Shown: positions 9,000-17,992 of the stretch, piece after piece
How positions within the stretch are numbered: the stretch's first letter is position 1
How the letters are laid out: every line of letters starts with the position of its first letter
Made by a program: the position numbers and the translations under genes
Notes under the pieces: generated by a model
Told to the model about the DNA's origin: nothing
Seen by the model: the letters and a program-made list of their open reading frames with translations, nothing else
The model's database searches: none
NCBI GenBank assembly: GCA_947169285.1
Contig: CAMVPB010000001.1
Span: 4,273 to 68,272 of the forward strand
Length of the DNA: 64,000 nucleotides
From: an uncultured bacterium
Lineage (GTDB): Bacteria > Bacillota_I > Bacilli_A > RF39 > UBA660
Reading direction: 5' to 3'

Positions 9000-10088
9000 T
9001 TATTGATTATAAAGGTATATTATGTTATTTTCATTAAAATTAAGTTCAAAATAATTAAATATTTTACTTAATTTATCTGGAGTATATTTATAAAATTTAT
9101 CTTCACAAGTGAAATATAAAATATTTTTATATTCTCCAATTATTTTAATATTGTTACCTTCAAATATCTTCATTTTTAATTTATCTTCCAAATATATCTT
9201 ATATAATGAATCATCTACAATTTCATACCTGTAATTAGAATTACTTTTTTCAGAATAAGTTATATTCCTATTTCTATATTCACTTAAATTTACATAAACT
9301 TTTTTTTCGTTTTCATATTTGTAATATCCTAATTCTTCAGAACCAACAAGTTGTATTCTTAATCTTCTCAAATCAATTTCATATAGTTTTAATTCTTTTA
9401 TATCAAATAAATATATCTTTTTATCTATAGAACCAACTATATATGAATTGTAACTTATTTCATATTTAGATTCTATAATACTCATCTTGTTGTTTACCAT
9501 ATTTATTAAATAAAATTTATTGAATTCATATTCTTGATTATAATCTGGGAATAGTATTTTGTTATCTATTTTATACATTAAACTATTGTCGTATTTACCT
9601 TCATTAAATAAATCTAATGTTTCTAAATTTTTATTATTCATTTGATAAAAACCTTTGTAATTCCATAAATATACATATTCTTTAGTTGTTAAATTATTAT
9701 TAAAGTAAAAATTACCATTTGAATCATATTTTTTTTGAATTTTATACTTATTTAACGCTTCATCATCTATTAATTTAAAATCTACATATTCATCATTATA
9801 ATAACATAATGGATATGTATTAACACCTTTTATTTCTGGATATAAACACTCTAAATTATTTGACGTTATTTCTTTGATTTTATTTATTTTAAGTTTAGAA
9901 AAACTCCTTTTTTTATAAATATCAAAATTATATTTATTATCAATACTAATATAAAATCTCTTATTTTTATATATTGTAATAATCTTGTGATTATCTAAAG
10001 AATAAGTAATTTTATAATTAGATGAAAAATACTTTATAATTATCAATAAAAATAAGAACAAGAAAATAATACAAATATTTTTTTTCAT
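9000..10088 (-). CDS. hypothetical exported or membrane-anchored protein
   Basis: N-terminal signal/anchor (KKNICIIFLFLFLLIII), then a Y/N/K-rich sequence with no recognised motif. Confidence 0.5.
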   Translation of the reverse strand: MKKNICIIFLFLFLLIIIKYFSSNYKITYSLDNHKIITIYKNKRFYISIDNKYNFDIYKKRSFSKLKINKIKEITSNNLECLYPEIKGVNTYPLCYYNDEYVDFKLIDDEALNKYKIQKKYDSNGNFYFNNNLTTKEYVYLWNYKGFYQMNNKNLETLDLFNEGKYDNSLMYKIDNKILFPDYNQEYEFNKFYLINMVNNKMSIIESKYEISYNSYIVGSIDKKIYLFDIKELKLYEIDLRRLRIQLVGSEELGYYKYENEKKVYVNLSEYRNRNITYSEKSNSNYRYEIVDDSLYKIYLEDKLKMKIFEGNNIKIIGEYKNILYFTCEDKFYKYTPDKLSKIFNYFELNFNENNIIYLYNQ

Positions 10089-10139
10089 ACAATACCACCT
10101 ATTTATATTATAAAAAAAACTTTAATATTTTTAAAGTTT

Positions 10140-10577
10140 TTATTTAATTGCACCAGCTTCTTTTAAGAAAGTTAATGTCATTTCTTTATCCATTTCACCT
10201 GTATGAGTATCAATTACTTTTCCTTTATTAGATATAGCTATGTATGGGGAAGATCCAGAATATCCATAAGGTTCAAATGTTTCATATAAGTAATCACTAT
10301 CATCTTTAGATAACGCATCAATATCAAACCAATATAATGGCAACTTGTATTCTTTAGATATATTTTTTATAATTGGTCTAAAATTATGACAATGGCTACA
10401 ATAAGTAAGAGCAATTACAGTAACTGCATATTCATCTTTTGCAAAGTTTTCTTTAAAATCATCCAACTTAGTTTCAGATTTTCTAGAGCTTTCAATTAAT
10501 ACTGATAAAAGAACAAAAACTAATACTGCTAAAGCTACTATTATAATACCTTTATATTTTTCAAAAATTTTTTTCAT
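10140..10577 (-). CDS. membrane-anchored thioredoxin-fold thiol-disulfide oxidoreductase
   Basis: N-terminal TM anchor plus a CxxC active site (TYCSHCHNF) in a thioredoxin-sized domain. Confidence 0.75.
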   Translation of the reverse strand: MKKIFEKYKGIIIVALAVLVFVLLSVLIESSRKSETKLDDFKENFAKDEYAVTVIALTYCSHCHNFRPIIKNISKEYKLPLYWFDIDALSKDDSDYLYETFEPYGYSGSSPYIAISNKGKVIDTHTGEMDKEMTLTFLKEAGAIK

Positions 10578-10623
10578 TTTAACACCTCATATATTATGAT
10601 AAACTATTAAAACACAAAATTCA

Positions 10624-10656
10624 ACAAAAAAGATGAAATTCAAATGAATTTCATCT
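10624..10656 (-). terminator. intrinsic terminator after the Cys-rich protein gene
   Basis: AGATGAAATTC-loop-GAATTTCATCT followed by a T run on the minus strand. Confidence 0.7.
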
Positions 10657-10659
10657 ATA

Positions 10660-12180
10660 TTAATTAACTTTAACAGTTCTTGTTTTTCCTGTTGCTGTCC
10701 ATCCTTCTAATGTTTTTAATCTACTCCATTTTGTTTCTGTTGATTTTATTTCTTTTGTTGATGAAGTAGCTTTAACTGTATCAAATATATCTTTGCTACA
10801 AGTTCCATTTTTACTATTTAAATTATATCCTTTTGGACAACTATAATGAGAAAATTGACTAGGAATTGTCAAAACACACTTACCATTCTTAATTACAAAA
10901 CTTGAATTTGCACAGTAAGGAATTTTTTCTCCTTCAACCTTTTTATAGCATTTTAGATTAGCACCAGTTTTTCCATTATTTGAAGTAGCTTCCTTTGGAC
11001 AACTATATGTAACTTTTTCAGTATTTATATTTTTATAACATTTAGTACTTGATCCTGATCCTTCTTGAATTAAACCAGCTCCACAACTATATGTTGTTGT
11101 TGTTACGTTTTTGTAACACTTTAAACTTGATCCTGATCCTTCTTCTTTGTATCCGCTTGGACAACTATATGTTGTTGTTGTTACGTTTTTATAACATTTA
11201 GTACTTGATCCTGATCCTTCTGCTTTATATCCACTTGGACAAACATAAGCAGTTGAATCTGTACATACTTTATGAACAATATAACCACATGTGTTACATA
11301 CTTCTCTAGGAATTCCATCAGATCCTGTTTCCCATTTGCATTCAACCTTACAATTTGGATCTTTTATTCTTTCATCATGACAATCTTGAGTTACTTTTTT
11401 ATTTACATCAGTGTATTTCTTTTCTGTTTTAGTATTTGTTATTTTTTCTTTGTATTCTTTTGTTGATGATGTATTTACTGTAACATCAACATATTGCTTT
11501 TTTGTTTCTGTAGTTACTTTCTTTAAAGCTGCAATTTCAATTGTTTGAATTGCCCCTGTTGTATATAAAACATTTGAATATTCTATTTTTTCATCTGTGT
11601 AATTCTTTGTTGCATTTATAGTTTCACTACCAGTTTTTTTACTACAAATATTACCATTTCTGTTATATCCTTTTGGACAACTTAATTCAGTAACATTTTT
11701 TGTAATTGTTCTAGTAAATTCATATTCAATAGCTGTCTTATCTTTAGAAACATTACAATTATTACAATAATCATGACAACCTAATATTTCTATTATATAG
11801 TTACTTTCTTTTCCACAAACTAGATTTACTTTCAAAGTATATCCTAATTCTTCTTTTGTAACTTCTGCATAAGACTTATTTACATCACAAGATTTACCAT
11901 CCTTGTCAACAAAAGGAATTAATAATTTCATTTCTTCCATTTGTTTTAAAGTTAATCTTACTGACTTACCAACTTCTGTTGGAAGTTGATCATTTGTAAA
12001 ATAGCTTTTTGCAGCATCTTGCATATATGAAACATTTTCTCTAAAAACATTATTATAGAAAGGTTTCATATTAGGTGAATAATTTCTGAATAGCCATATT
12101 AATAATAATACGAATAAAGCAATTAATATAATACTTAAAATTAATGAACTTAATCCAAATCCTTTTTTATTTGTATTCAT
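10660..12180 (-). CDS. Cys-rich repeat surface protein with an N-terminal membrane anchor
   Basis: N-terminal hydrophobic anchor and about 25 Cys by my count. About seven copies of a Y-x-C-P-x-G-Y..(G/S-rich)..K-C-Y-K module, three of them near-identical. Confidence 0.6.
   Translation of the reverse strand: MNTNKKGFGLSSLILSIILIALFVLLLIWLFRNYSPNMKPFYNNVFRENVSYMQDAAKSYFTNDQLPTEVGKSVRLTLKQMEEMKLLIPFVDKDGKSCDVNKSYAEVTKEELGYTLKVNLVCGKESNYIIEILGCHDYCNNCNVSKDKTAIEYEFTRTITKNVTELSCPKGYNRNGNICSKKTGSETINATKNYTDEKIEYSNVLYTTGAIQTIEIAALKKVTTETKKQYVDVTVNTSSTKEYKEKITNTKTEKKYTDVNKKVTQDCHDERIKDPNCKVECKWETGSDGIPREVCNTCGYIVHKVCTDSTAYVCPSGYKAEGSGSSTKCYKNVTTTTYSCPSGYKEEGSGSSLKCYKNVTTTTYSCGAGLIQEGSGSSTKCYKNINTEKVTYSCPKEATSNNGKTGANLKCYKKVEGEKIPYCANSSFVIKNGKCVLTIPSQFSHYSCPKGYNLNSKNGTCSKDIFDTVKATSSTKEIKSTETKWSRLKTLEGWTATGKTRTVKVN
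11035..11270 (-). repeat. three near-identical tandem ~81-bp coding repeats inside the Cys-rich protein gene
   Basis: Repeated DNA gatcctgatccttct...ggacaactatatgttgttgttgttacgttttt encodes CPSGYK(A/E)EGSGSS(T/L)KCYKNVTTTTYS. Confidence 0.8.
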
Positions 12181-12198
12181 AACTAAAACCCCCTTACC

Positions 12199-13494
12199 TT
12201 ATTTTAAAACCTTAACATTTTCTTGAGCTTTTGTATCTAACATATGTTTTAAATCTTGATATGTTTCACCAAATACATTGATAACTTCTCCACTTCTTAA
12301 AACAGAGATTTCACCATTTTTACTTGTTCCCATATATAATGCTTCAAATATATCTCTTACTTCAACTAATTTGTATTCTTGTGTTTCTGGATTATAACAT
12401 GTTTCAATACATACAGTTAAATCATTTGCTTCTAAATATTCTCTTACATAATTTGAAAATCTACTTGTTGCAGCTTGTAATAAGAAATAATGTTCTTCAT
12501 CTGAGAATAAATATGGATTCCATCCACCATATAAACCAGCTAAATGCCATTCATTATATAGTTTAGAACCTAATACACCAACTTGTTCAATAAATCCATC
12601 AACATTTTCTTCAGCTCTATATTCAGCTATTTTATTATATATTTCATCATAAGTTTCAACATATTCAGCTTCTTTAGAACCATCTTCATATAATTTAGAA
12701 AAATGTACTGGATATAATTTGTTTCCTAAACCTCTATTAGCAAAAATATCATTCATCATATTTGCTGTTTCACCAATTGTATAATCATCATATTCACTAT
12801 TTAATGGTAATTCACCATTAGCTACTCTAATAATATCCTCAATATTTTCTTTAGTTACTAATCCTGTATAAACTGAATCATTTTCAGATTCTACAATTGG
12901 GTTAATATCTTCAGATAAAATACGATCTGCTGCCATTTCAACATCTTCAACATTTGTAACATCAACTAAAACTGGTACTGCTGTTGGTTGTGGTGTTACA
13001 ACAGGTGTTGCAGTCACAACAGGTGTTGATGTTACTATTACAACTTCATTTGTTGCCTCTGGTATTTCAGTAGTTAAAGAAATTGATTTATCAGGGTTAG
13101 CACTTTTAGAACTACATTTTGTATCCTTATTACATCTTCCAATAGCAAATGCTAATGTAGCAACAGCTAATACACCTGCGACTCCTGCAATCAATTTACC
13201 TCTTTTTGATCTTTTTGTTTGCTTTTCTTGTTCAAGTTCTTCATCTGCAAGTTTTTTTGACTCATTTTCTAGTTTTTCATATTCATCATAGATGTTATCA
13301 AGTTCACCGTCTATTTCATCAAGTCTACGTCTAATTTCAGTTTCTTTTCTTAATTCTTCTTTTGTCAATTCAGAAACTCTCCTTGACTGAGTTAGATTAT
13401 TTAATTCAATTCTTAAGTCCCCAATTTCTGAATTTAAAAGATCTTCTCTACTTTGAAGTATAGCATACTTTTCATTAATTTCTTCTTGTGTCAT
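12199..13494 (-). CDS. hypothetical bitopic protein: coiled-coil, TM helix, T/V/P-rich linker, C-terminal globular domain
   Basis: Charged coiled-coil N-terminus, TM helix (LIAGVAGVLAVATLAFAI), linker TSTPVVTATPVVTPQPTAVPV, then about 230 aa of unrecognised domain. Only 18 nt upstream of the Cys-rich protein gene. Confidence 0.55.
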   Translation of the reverse strand: MTQEEINEKYAILQSREDLLNSEIGDLRIELNNLTQSRRVSELTKEELRKETEIRRRLDEIDGELDNIYDEYEKLENESKKLADEELEQEKQTKRSKRGKLIAGVAGVLAVATLAFAIGRCNKDTKCSSKSANPDKSISLTTEIPEATNEVVIVTSTPVVTATPVVTPQPTAVPVLVDVTNVEDVEMAADRILSEDINPIVESENDSVYTGLVTKENIEDIIRVANGELPLNSEYDDYTIGETANMMNDIFANRGLGNKLYPVHFSKLYEDGSKEAEYVETYDEIYNKIAEYRAEENVDGFIEQVGVLGSKLYNEWHLAGLYGGWNPYLFSDEEHYFLLQAATSRFSNYVREYLEANDLTVCIETCYNPETQEYKLVEVRDIFEALYMGTSKNGEISVLRSGEVINVFGETYQDLKHMLDTKAQENVKVLK

Positions 13495-13667
13495 TTTAAT
13501 TTTCCCCCCTCATTTAAAATGTGGCTATATTATACAACTTTTTTAAAGAAAAGTCAAGTATAATGCATTTTAAACCTTATTTATTGACAACAATTTTCTA
13601 TTATACACAACAAGATTTAATATTTCAATATAATTTTTAAAAAAATAAAACTTCTTTAAAAAGAAGT

Positions 13668-14048
13668 TTACTTTAATAAGTCACCTTTTACTTTATAATC
13701 ATAAAAACTTAATCCAATTAACAAAAGTATCATTAAAGGTTTTAAATAATATATAAATACTTTTAAATTGCTAATAAATTGTTTACTCTCATCATTAAAT
13801 TTAAACAAAGACAATAATATTGAAATAAGCATAAGGAAAATAAGAATTCCATTTTTACTAAGTCTTATTTTTATATTAAATTCACTATAATTATAAATAC
13901 TAAATAATAATAAAAATAAAATAGCTAAATTTATAAGCATATATATAAATCCATATAATGTTGAATTAAACTTTAAATATATTACCAATTCAATTAAAAA
14001 TATTAATATATAAATTGTCAAATAAATAAGATATAATTTCTTTTTCAT
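13668..14048 (-). CDS. small polytopic membrane protein
   Basis: 126 aa with about four hydrophobic helices. Its start overlaps the stop of the nucleotidyltransferase gene by 4 nt. Confidence 0.45.
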   Translation of the reverse strand: MKKKLYLIYLTIYILIFLIELVIYLKFNSTLYGFIYMLINLAILFLLLFSIYNYSEFNIKIRLSKNGILIFLMLISILLSLFKFNDESKQFISNLKVFIYYLKPLMILLLIGLSFYDYKVKGDLLK

Positions 14049-14821
14049 ATTCCAAAACCATCTTCCACATTAAATGTTAATTCAAAGTTATCTGAATCAA
14101 ACATTTCATCTTTAAATGTATAATTATATAAATCTTTAATATCTTTAATCATAATATCTTTGTCTTTTATCTTTAAGCATTCTAAATATTTATTTTTAAA
14201 TTCTTCAGTTGATGTCTTATGAATATCGCTCTCTATGTATTCTTTTAAATATTTATTATCTTTAAATAATTTTTCTGATTTAGCAAGCGGTATAACTATG
14301 TAGCCATTAATTTCTGTATCAAGTTCTCTTATTTTATTTAATATATCAAAATACAACATATAAAATATATCATTATCCTTTATAGATTCTAAGTCATCTA
14401 ATTTATTTTTTATATGAAACATTTTTTTCTTAATAAATGAATCATGCTTTTCTCTAATTGGTAATGTATATAAATCTCTTATTTTTTCTATCTCTTTTGT
14501 GAACTTACCAGTTTTATCATATATAATTTTTGATGTAATAAACTTTGTCAAATGAGAAGGATCATTCATTTCTACTTGTTTTAAAGCTAAATCATATATT
14601 GAATCGATATGATGGACAAAATATTCAACTTTTACACCATCAATAACTTGACACCCAACACTTTGATATCCTTCGTTAGAATTTAAACACACTAAAATAT
14701 CAATATCTGATTTGTTTGTTGTTCTTCCACTAACTATACTCCCATAGAGAAGAACTCCCTCTATTTCATCAACATTGTATTTTAATAAAAATTTTTTAAT
14801 TATTTTAATTATATCTTCCAT
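14045..14821 (-). CDS. nucleotidyltransferase-domain protein (Pol-beta-fold, KNTase/ANT-like)
   Basis: The G-S...D-x-D signature (LLYGSIVSGRTTNKSDIDILV) is followed by a helical C-terminal domain. Confidence 0.6.
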   Translation of the reverse strand: MEDIIKIIKKFLLKYNVDEIEGVLLYGSIVSGRTTNKSDIDILVCLNSNEGYQSVGCQVIDGVKVEYFVHHIDSIYDLALKQVEMNDPSHLTKFITSKIIYDKTGKFTKEIEKIRDLYTLPIREKHDSFIKKKMFHIKNKLDDLESIKDNDIFYMLYFDILNKIRELDTEINGYIVIPLAKSEKLFKDNKYLKEYIESDIHKTSTEEFKNKYLECLKIKDKDIMIKDIKDLYNYTFKDEMFDSDNFELTFNVEDGFGI

Positions 14822-14838
14822 ATCACTATTTTACCACA

Positions 14839-16944
14839 TTATTTAATCTTTTTTAAACTTATATGATTAGATTTCATAGTTTTTATTCCAAATTCCCTAG
14901 AAAAAGCTATTGTTGCTAAATCATTATTAATATTAATTACTACCCCTTCTTTAAATTTATCATGGTATACTTTATCTCCAACACATAAATCATCATTTAA
15001 ATTATCTTTATACATACTAAACATTTTTTTAGTAATTACATTCGGATGTGATACTAATTCTTCACTAACTTCTAAAAGTTCATTCTCTATTTCTCCAATA
15101 AACCTACTTGGTAAGTTCTCTGTAGTTTTACCAAATAACATCCTTCTTTTAGCATTTAATAAGTATAATTTTTCTTCAGCCCTAGTAACTCCCACATAAC
15201 AAAGTCTTCGCTCTTCCTCAAGTTCATTTATATCCCCTAAACTTCTTATGTGGGGGAATATCCCTTCTTCCATACCTACAATAAATACCACTCTAAATTC
15301 AAGACCTTTTGATGAATGAAGAGTCATTAATGTAACTGCATCATCATTCGTATTATATTGCCCTATATCAGATACCAAAGATATATTCTCAAGAAAGTCG
15401 CCAAGGTCATATATACCATTTTCAACAGATGATTCTGTTATACTTTTAAATTCTTCTAAGTTTTCAAGCCTAATTTCATCATCCAAAGATTTACTCTCTT
15501 CCAAAGCTTTTCTCATACCAGTTTTAACTAATATGTTTTCTATTAATTCAGTTAAAGACATATTTTTAGAATCCTCTATTAAATTTAATATAATATTTTT
15601 AAATTCTAATTCTTTTCCACTATTAATTACATCTAACATAGATTTATTTTGTAAAAAAGCTTCAGTTTTAAGTTTATCAATTGTTTTAGATCCAATTCCT
15701 CTTTTAGGAACATTTATAATTCTTTCTAAACTTATATCATCATTTTTATTATATATAACATTTAAATAAGATATTAAATCTTTTATTTCACGTCTTCCAT
15801 AGAAAAAATAACTTCCAAATACTTTATATGGAATATTTTCTTTTAAAAATTCTTCTTCTAATTTTCTACTTTGTGCATTTGTTCTATAGAGAATAGCAAA
15901 GTCACTATAATTATAGTCTTTATCTAAATAATCTTTTATAATACTAACAACTTTAGAAGCTTCTTCTGTTTCATCAGAACATCTTATGTATTTTACTTTT
16001 TCTCCATCACCTTTTGAAGACCATAAATTTTTTTCTTTTCTCATGGTATTATTTTTAATAATGCTATTAGCTACTTTTAATATATTGTTAGTACTTCTAT
16101 AATTCTCTTCTAAGAAAATTGTTTTACAATCTTTATAATCTTTTTCAAAAAACAAAATGTTTTCATAATCTGCTTTTCTCCAAGAAAATATTGACTGATC
16201 TATATCACCTACTACAAATATATTTTTATATTTATCAGCAAGTAATTTACATAACTTATATTGAATTTTATTAGTGTCTTGATATTCATCAACTAATATA
16301 TATTTATAATGTTCTTGATATTTGTTTAATATATCTTTATTTTTATTAAATAATTCTAAAGGGAGTGTTAATAAATCATCAAAATCAACACTATTATTTT
16401 TCTTTAATATTTTTTCATAATTTTCATATATTTTATCAATTCCATAATCATATTCAGATAGGAATAATTTTTTAAATTCACTAGGACTTACCTCATCATT
16501 TTTAGCAGAACTTATTTTATCAACAACATACCTATAATCATATTTTTCGTTTTCAAAACCAAGTTCTTTAATTTGCTTTTTAATAATAGAATTCATATCA
16601 TCTCTATCAAGTATATTAATGTTCCTTTGATAACCTAATTCTTCATAATTCTCTCTTAATACCCTTAAACCAAATGAATGAAAAGTTCCTATAAATATTT
16701 TAGAAGATAAATCACCTATTCTAAGTCTTACTCTTTCTCTCATTTCATTAGCAGCTTTATTAGTAAATGTAATAGCTAAAATATTATTTGGGCTTATACC
16801 GTTTTCTATTAAATTAACTATTCTTTCGGTAAGCACTCTTGTTTTACCAGAACCAGCTCCTGCTAAAACAAGACAAGGGCCATCCATATGCTCTACAGCT
16901 ATTAATTGTTCTTTATTTAATTTTAACTTATAATTCTTTTCCAT
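14839..16944 (-). CDS. pcrA: ATP-dependent DNA helicase PcrA/UvrD family
   Basis: SF1 motifs AGAGSGKT, ILVDEYQDTN, VGDIDQSIFSWR, HSSKGLEF and YVGVTRAE. The length of 701 aa is typical. Confidence 0.9.
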   Translation of the reverse strand: MEKNYKLKLNKEQLIAVEHMDGPCLVLAGAGSGKTRVLTERIVNLIENGISPNNILAITFTNKAANEMRERVRLRIGDLSSKIFIGTFHSFGLRVLRENYEELGYQRNINILDRDDMNSIIKKQIKELGFENEKYDYRYVVDKISSAKNDEVSPSEFKKLFLSEYDYGIDKIYENYEKILKKNNSVDFDDLLTLPLELFNKNKDILNKYQEHYKYILVDEYQDTNKIQYKLCKLLADKYKNIFVVGDIDQSIFSWRKADYENILFFEKDYKDCKTIFLEENYRSTNNILKVANSIIKNNTMRKEKNLWSSKGDGEKVKYIRCSDETEEASKVVSIIKDYLDKDYNYSDFAILYRTNAQSRKLEEEFLKENIPYKVFGSYFFYGRREIKDLISYLNVIYNKNDDISLERIINVPKRGIGSKTIDKLKTEAFLQNKSMLDVINSGKELEFKNIILNLIEDSKNMSLTELIENILVKTGMRKALEESKSLDDEIRLENLEEFKSITESSVENGIYDLGDFLENISLVSDIGQYNTNDDAVTLMTLHSSKGLEFRVVFIVGMEEGIFPHIRSLGDINELEEERRLCYVGVTRAEEKLYLLNAKRRMLFGKTTENLPSRFIGEIENELLEVSEELVSHPNVITKKMFSMYKDNLNDDLCVGDKVYHDKFKEGVVININNDLATIAFSREFGIKTMKSNHISLKKIK

Positions 16945-16979
16945 AATAATTATTATAACAAATTAAAATGTATTTTTAA

Positions 16980-17817
16980 CTATTTTAATCTTTTTTCTTC
17001 AATATATTTGTAATTCAAATTGTTGTTTTTGGTCACAATAGACTCACCTAATAAGTTTTCAACATTTTGTCTGGTCCTTTTAGCAACATTTCCACCTTGT
17101 TTTGCTATTTTCATATTTGCTTTTAGTCCTTTAGGTTTTGTCTTATTGGCTAATCTTTTAGTAACTTCTTCACTCAAATCAGCAAGAGTTACTTCAATAC
17201 TATCCATATTATCTCTTAAAGATTCTTTTCTAATACCTTTAAAATTTTTATATTCTTTGCTTGTCATACCAGACCAAGTTTTATATATTTCATCTGTTAA
17301 CAAAGCATATTCATATCCTTCTTTTATTCCTCCTTCTTTCCAAACATCTGTCAAATCTTTTCTATTTTGAATTCCCTTAATTCTTCTAGAAATCCAATCC
17401 TCAGTATAACCTTTATTGCGATAATACTCTATTAATTTTTGTATACCAATTGAAGGATCAAATACTTCATTTATTCTTTCACTTCCTAAATGCGCTAGCC
17501 ACCGTTTTATTGGTTCTGCATTCTTACTAGGGATAGACTCTATTATTCTAAACATCTCCTCAATATCAACAACATCAGTTAATCGATACTTTCCATCTTG
17601 TGCTTTAAGTTTCAACTGGTCACATTTTGTGACCGTTTCATTTCCTTCTTCTTTTAGTCTTCCTTTTAACACATTCCAATAATGCCTAGGATTAGAGCTA
17701 TTAGTTAAGATTTTCACAACATCCACTACACTACTTTTCTTTTTCTTTATCCCAAATAGTTCTAATGGTATCACTATTAAATATTTTATTAATTAAAAAC
17801 ATTTTATCTTGCTTCAT
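16980..17817 (-). pseudogene. Bro-N/DinD-like (DNA-damage-inducible protein D family) gene with a frameshift near its 5' end
   Basis: The long ORF begins only at a GTG (17774). An ATG at 17817 opens a different frame encoding MKQDKMFLINKIFNSDTIRTIWDKEKEK*, which reads like the missing Bro-N N-terminus. The two frames meet in a GAAAAAGAAAAG tract, and removing one A would join them. Confidence 0.55.
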
Positions 17818-17942
17818 GACAATTTTCCTTTCTTTCAATATTCACAAATATAAAATAATTTTTCATTCAACACCACATCCTTTCTTATATGAAAATATTT
17901 TTTATACTAACTTTAATATAAAACAAGTGTTCGCCTTGTCAA

Positions 17943-17976
17943 CAAAAAAATAAATCTTTTTCGAGATTTATTTTTT
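17943..17976. terminator. bidirectional-type AT-rich hairpin terminator
   Basis: AAATAAATCT-ttttcg-AGATTTATTT flanked by A and T runs, immediately downstream of the 424-aa gene. Confidence 0.55.
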
Positions 17977-17992
17977 AAGATTTATTTATATT

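Noticed and set aside
11035-11270. Tandem direct repeats considered as a CRISPR-like or non-coding array.
   Set aside because: The repeats are contiguous without spacers, are in-frame multiples of 3 (81 bp), and lie inside a long ORF where they encode repeated protein modules.
12090-12180. Possible type IV prepilin/pseudopilin signal at the N-terminus of the Cys-rich protein (KKGFGLSSLILS...).
   Set aside because: It resembles KKGFTLIE but lacks the conserved Glu at +5, and no prepilin peptidase or pilus ATPase is in the window. A simple signal-anchor is the more economical reading.
17765-17953. 62-aa plus-strand ORF between the DinD-like gene and the 424-aa gene.
   Set aside because: It covers the 5' frameshifted part and promoter region of the minus-strand Bro-N/DinD-like gene plus a terminator hairpin. 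It has no RBS and a low-complexity translation.
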